27,229 bases of DNA from positions 1 to 27,229 of the IMG/VR virus record IMGVR_UViG_3300017757_000107. One strand, given 5' to 3'. The translations under genes were made by a program, and so were the position numbers. The DNA is from a virus. Its lineage: Duplodnaviria > Caudoviricetes. Of this stretch, positions 25,886 through 27,229 are shown one piece after another (within the stretch, counting starts at the first letter, position 1; every line of letters begins with the position of its first letter). Below the pieces are notes generated by a model, which was not told the DNA's origin, did no database searches, and saw only the letters and a program-made list of their open reading frames with translations.

Positions 25886-25903
25886 CCCTTAACAATAAAA
25901 ACA

Positions 25904-26281
25904 ATGAAAACAGGTAAAATAACTCACTTAGAGCCTAACGGCCTATGGAACGGTTTAACTAAATACAAAGTTACTTTCGCAGACGGCAACCAGTATACTT
26001 TTTTCGCAAAAGGTAATTTTAAATTTGCAGTAGGCGAAACAATTAGCTACGAAGTTACAAACGAAGAGTATCGAAACGCAAAAGTAAGCGCAGACGAGTA
26101 CAAAAAAGAAACGCAAACAAACACTACGCCAAACGTAAGTACAAGTTTTGTAAGTAAAGACATTTTAATTATACGCCAGACATGTATAAAAGCCGCTGCA
26201 GACTTCAACGCCAGGCGAGCCGTAGGGTCCGACGAAATAATAAAAGACGCGCAGTTAATGTTTGACTGGGTTACGAAATAA
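25904..26281 (+). CDS. Hypothetical protein, possible OB-fold ssDNA-binding/annealing protein
   Basis: Beta-rich N-domain, linker, IIRQTCIKAA helix; function is inference. Confidence 0.55.
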   Translation: MKTGKITHLEPNGLWNGLTKYKVTFADGNQYTFFAKGNFKFAVGETISYEVTNEEYRNAKVSADEYKKETQTNTTPNVSTSFVSKDILIIRQTCIKAAADFNARRAVGSDEIIKDAQLMFDWVTK

Positions 26282-26311
26282 GTATGCACCAAAAATGCAC
26301 ACTTATAGACT

Positions 26312-26527
26312 ATGTTTGTAAAAAATAAAAATATGAGAGACTTATTTACAAAAGAGCTAGGCGGAACCCTACTAATAGTAAAACCAAACGGCGATACTTA
26401 CGAAGTTAAAAGGAATTTTCGCAGCCACATAGTAATAGACCCAGACAAAAATACGCCTAAATTAAATAACGAAGAGAGCGACTACTTTAAAAAACTATAT
26501 AGACAGAGTAGCGCATATTATAGATAA
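26312..26527 (+). CDS. Hypothetical protein
   Basis: ORF track; start may be the second Met. Confidence 0.6.
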   Translation: MFVKNKNMRDLFTKELGGTLLIVKPNGDTYEVKRNFRSHIVIDPDKNTPKLNNEESDYFKKLYRQSSAYYR

Positions 26528-26544
26528 CCCTTAAAACAATAAAA

Positions 26545-26865
26545 ATGAATACTAAATACGAAAGTGAGTTTGTCAATAGTTTTGTCGTAAAAGACGAGCC
26601 TAAATTTGACTGGATAGCAGCAAAGCTACATATTAAAGCGTCTGAATTTGTAGACTTTTTACGTAAGCATAAAGACCATATAAAAGCCAATAACGGTTTT
26701 ATGTCTATAGACTTACTTAGAGCGCAAAAGGACCGTTCAAAAATGTACGCTAAGTTTACAAAAATAAATAAGCAAGCGTTAAAGACTGACACAAAAAAAG
26801 TAGAGACGTCAGAGTTTATGCCAGACCGCGAAGAGGTTACGGCAGACGACGACTTGCCGTTTTAA
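26545..26865 (+). CDS. SSB-like protein
   Basis: Ends in DDDLPF, like the bacterial SSB C-terminal tip. Confidence 0.6.
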   Translation: MNTKYESEFVNSFVVKDEPKFDWIAAKLHIKASEFVDFLRKHKDHIKANNGFMSIDLLRAQKDRSKMYAKFTKINKQALKTDTKKVETSEFMPDREEVTADDDLPF

Positions 26866-26883
26866 TTTTAATTAATTTTATAT

Positions 26884-26913
26884 AAGGGTAGTAGAAATAC
26901 TACCTTTTTTTTT
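26884..26913 (+). terminator. Rho-independent terminator
   Basis: ggtagta-gaaa-tactacc followed by T9. Confidence 0.8.
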
Positions 26914-26935
26914 ATATTTAACCAAAAAATACGAT

Positions 26936-27229
26936 ATGCTAGTAAACTATAACGAACAAATAAAAACCCTTTCAAGTCTTCGCAAAGGCGAATTTAAACA
27001 GGGTCTTAAATTAGACATACCAGAAATAGACGAATACTTTAGACTAAAACCCCAAGACTTTGGCATTTGGCTAGGACACGCAAACGTAGGCAAAACAAGT
27101 ATTACTATTTACTTAATGCTTTTATATGCCATTAAACACGACCAAAAGTTTTTAATATACAGCAGCGAAAACGAGCCTTACGAATTAATACAGCGGCTTT
27201 TAGAGTTTATACTAGAGCAACCAATAAAT
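26936..27229 (+). CDS. DnaB-like helicase, N-terminal part (continues across the join)
   Basis: MLVNYNEQIK...IWLGHANVGKTSITIYLMLLYA; Walker A GHANVGKT; in frame with ORF 10..735. Confidence 0.85.
   Translation, partial: MLVNYNEQIKTLSSLRKGEFKQGLKLDIPEIDEYFRLKPQDFGIWLGHANVGKTSITIYLMLLYAIKHDQKFLIYSSENEPYELIQRLLEFILEQPIN
27107..27229. repeat. Terminal direct repeat, right copy
   Basis: Identical to 1-123. Confidence 0.95.

Noticed and set aside
459-26792. All minus-strand ORFs in the track
   Set aside because: Each lies antisense to convincing + strand genes and has no recognisable motif; they look like shadow ORFs.
27107-27229. 123-bp repeat as a biological terminal repeat
   Set aside because: It falls inside the helicase gene, and the terminase resembles headful types; an assembly overlap is more likely.
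1-27229. Stop-codon reassignment suggested by abundant TAG
   Set aside because: Genes are intact under the standard code; TAG is mostly out of frame (CTA-G, ATA-G) and acts as a real stop at terS, ninG and the holin.

Overview
This window is an apparently complete, circularly permuted genome of about 27.1 kb from a small tailed (siphovirus-like) phage. Bases 1-123 repeat at 27107-27229, so the unit length is 27,106 bp, and a DnaB-like helicase reads across the join. Every credible gene is on the + strand. The host is probably a Bacteroidota/Flavobacteriaceae member, inferred from TTTG-N19-TAnnTTG-type promoters and A-rich start contexts without Shine-Dalgarno motifs. Gene order: helicase, ECF-like sigma factor, nucleases and small ORFs, terminases, C5 methyltransferase, an RNA-plus-peptide cassette, tail module, prohead protease, acidic paralogs, scaffold, capsid, tail tube, portal fusion, adaptor, tail fibre, lysis genes, a repeat region, NinG and SSB-like genes. 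I recognised no integrase, repressor, DNA polymerase or primase. Most notable signals: (1) all 19 GATC sites I found sit in GATCA, 17 as GGATCA, spaced every 0.9-2.1 kb in a genome depleted of GGA/GAT/ATC/TCC; (2) acidic paralogs whose N-termini copy the scaffold's C-terminal peptide, a candidate capsid-loading signal; (3) a phage sigma factor with five CGTTATATA promoters, four of them apparently leaderless; (4) a candidate -1 frameshift in a tail chaperone gene; (5) two candidate structured RNAs. All calls were made by eye, with no database search.
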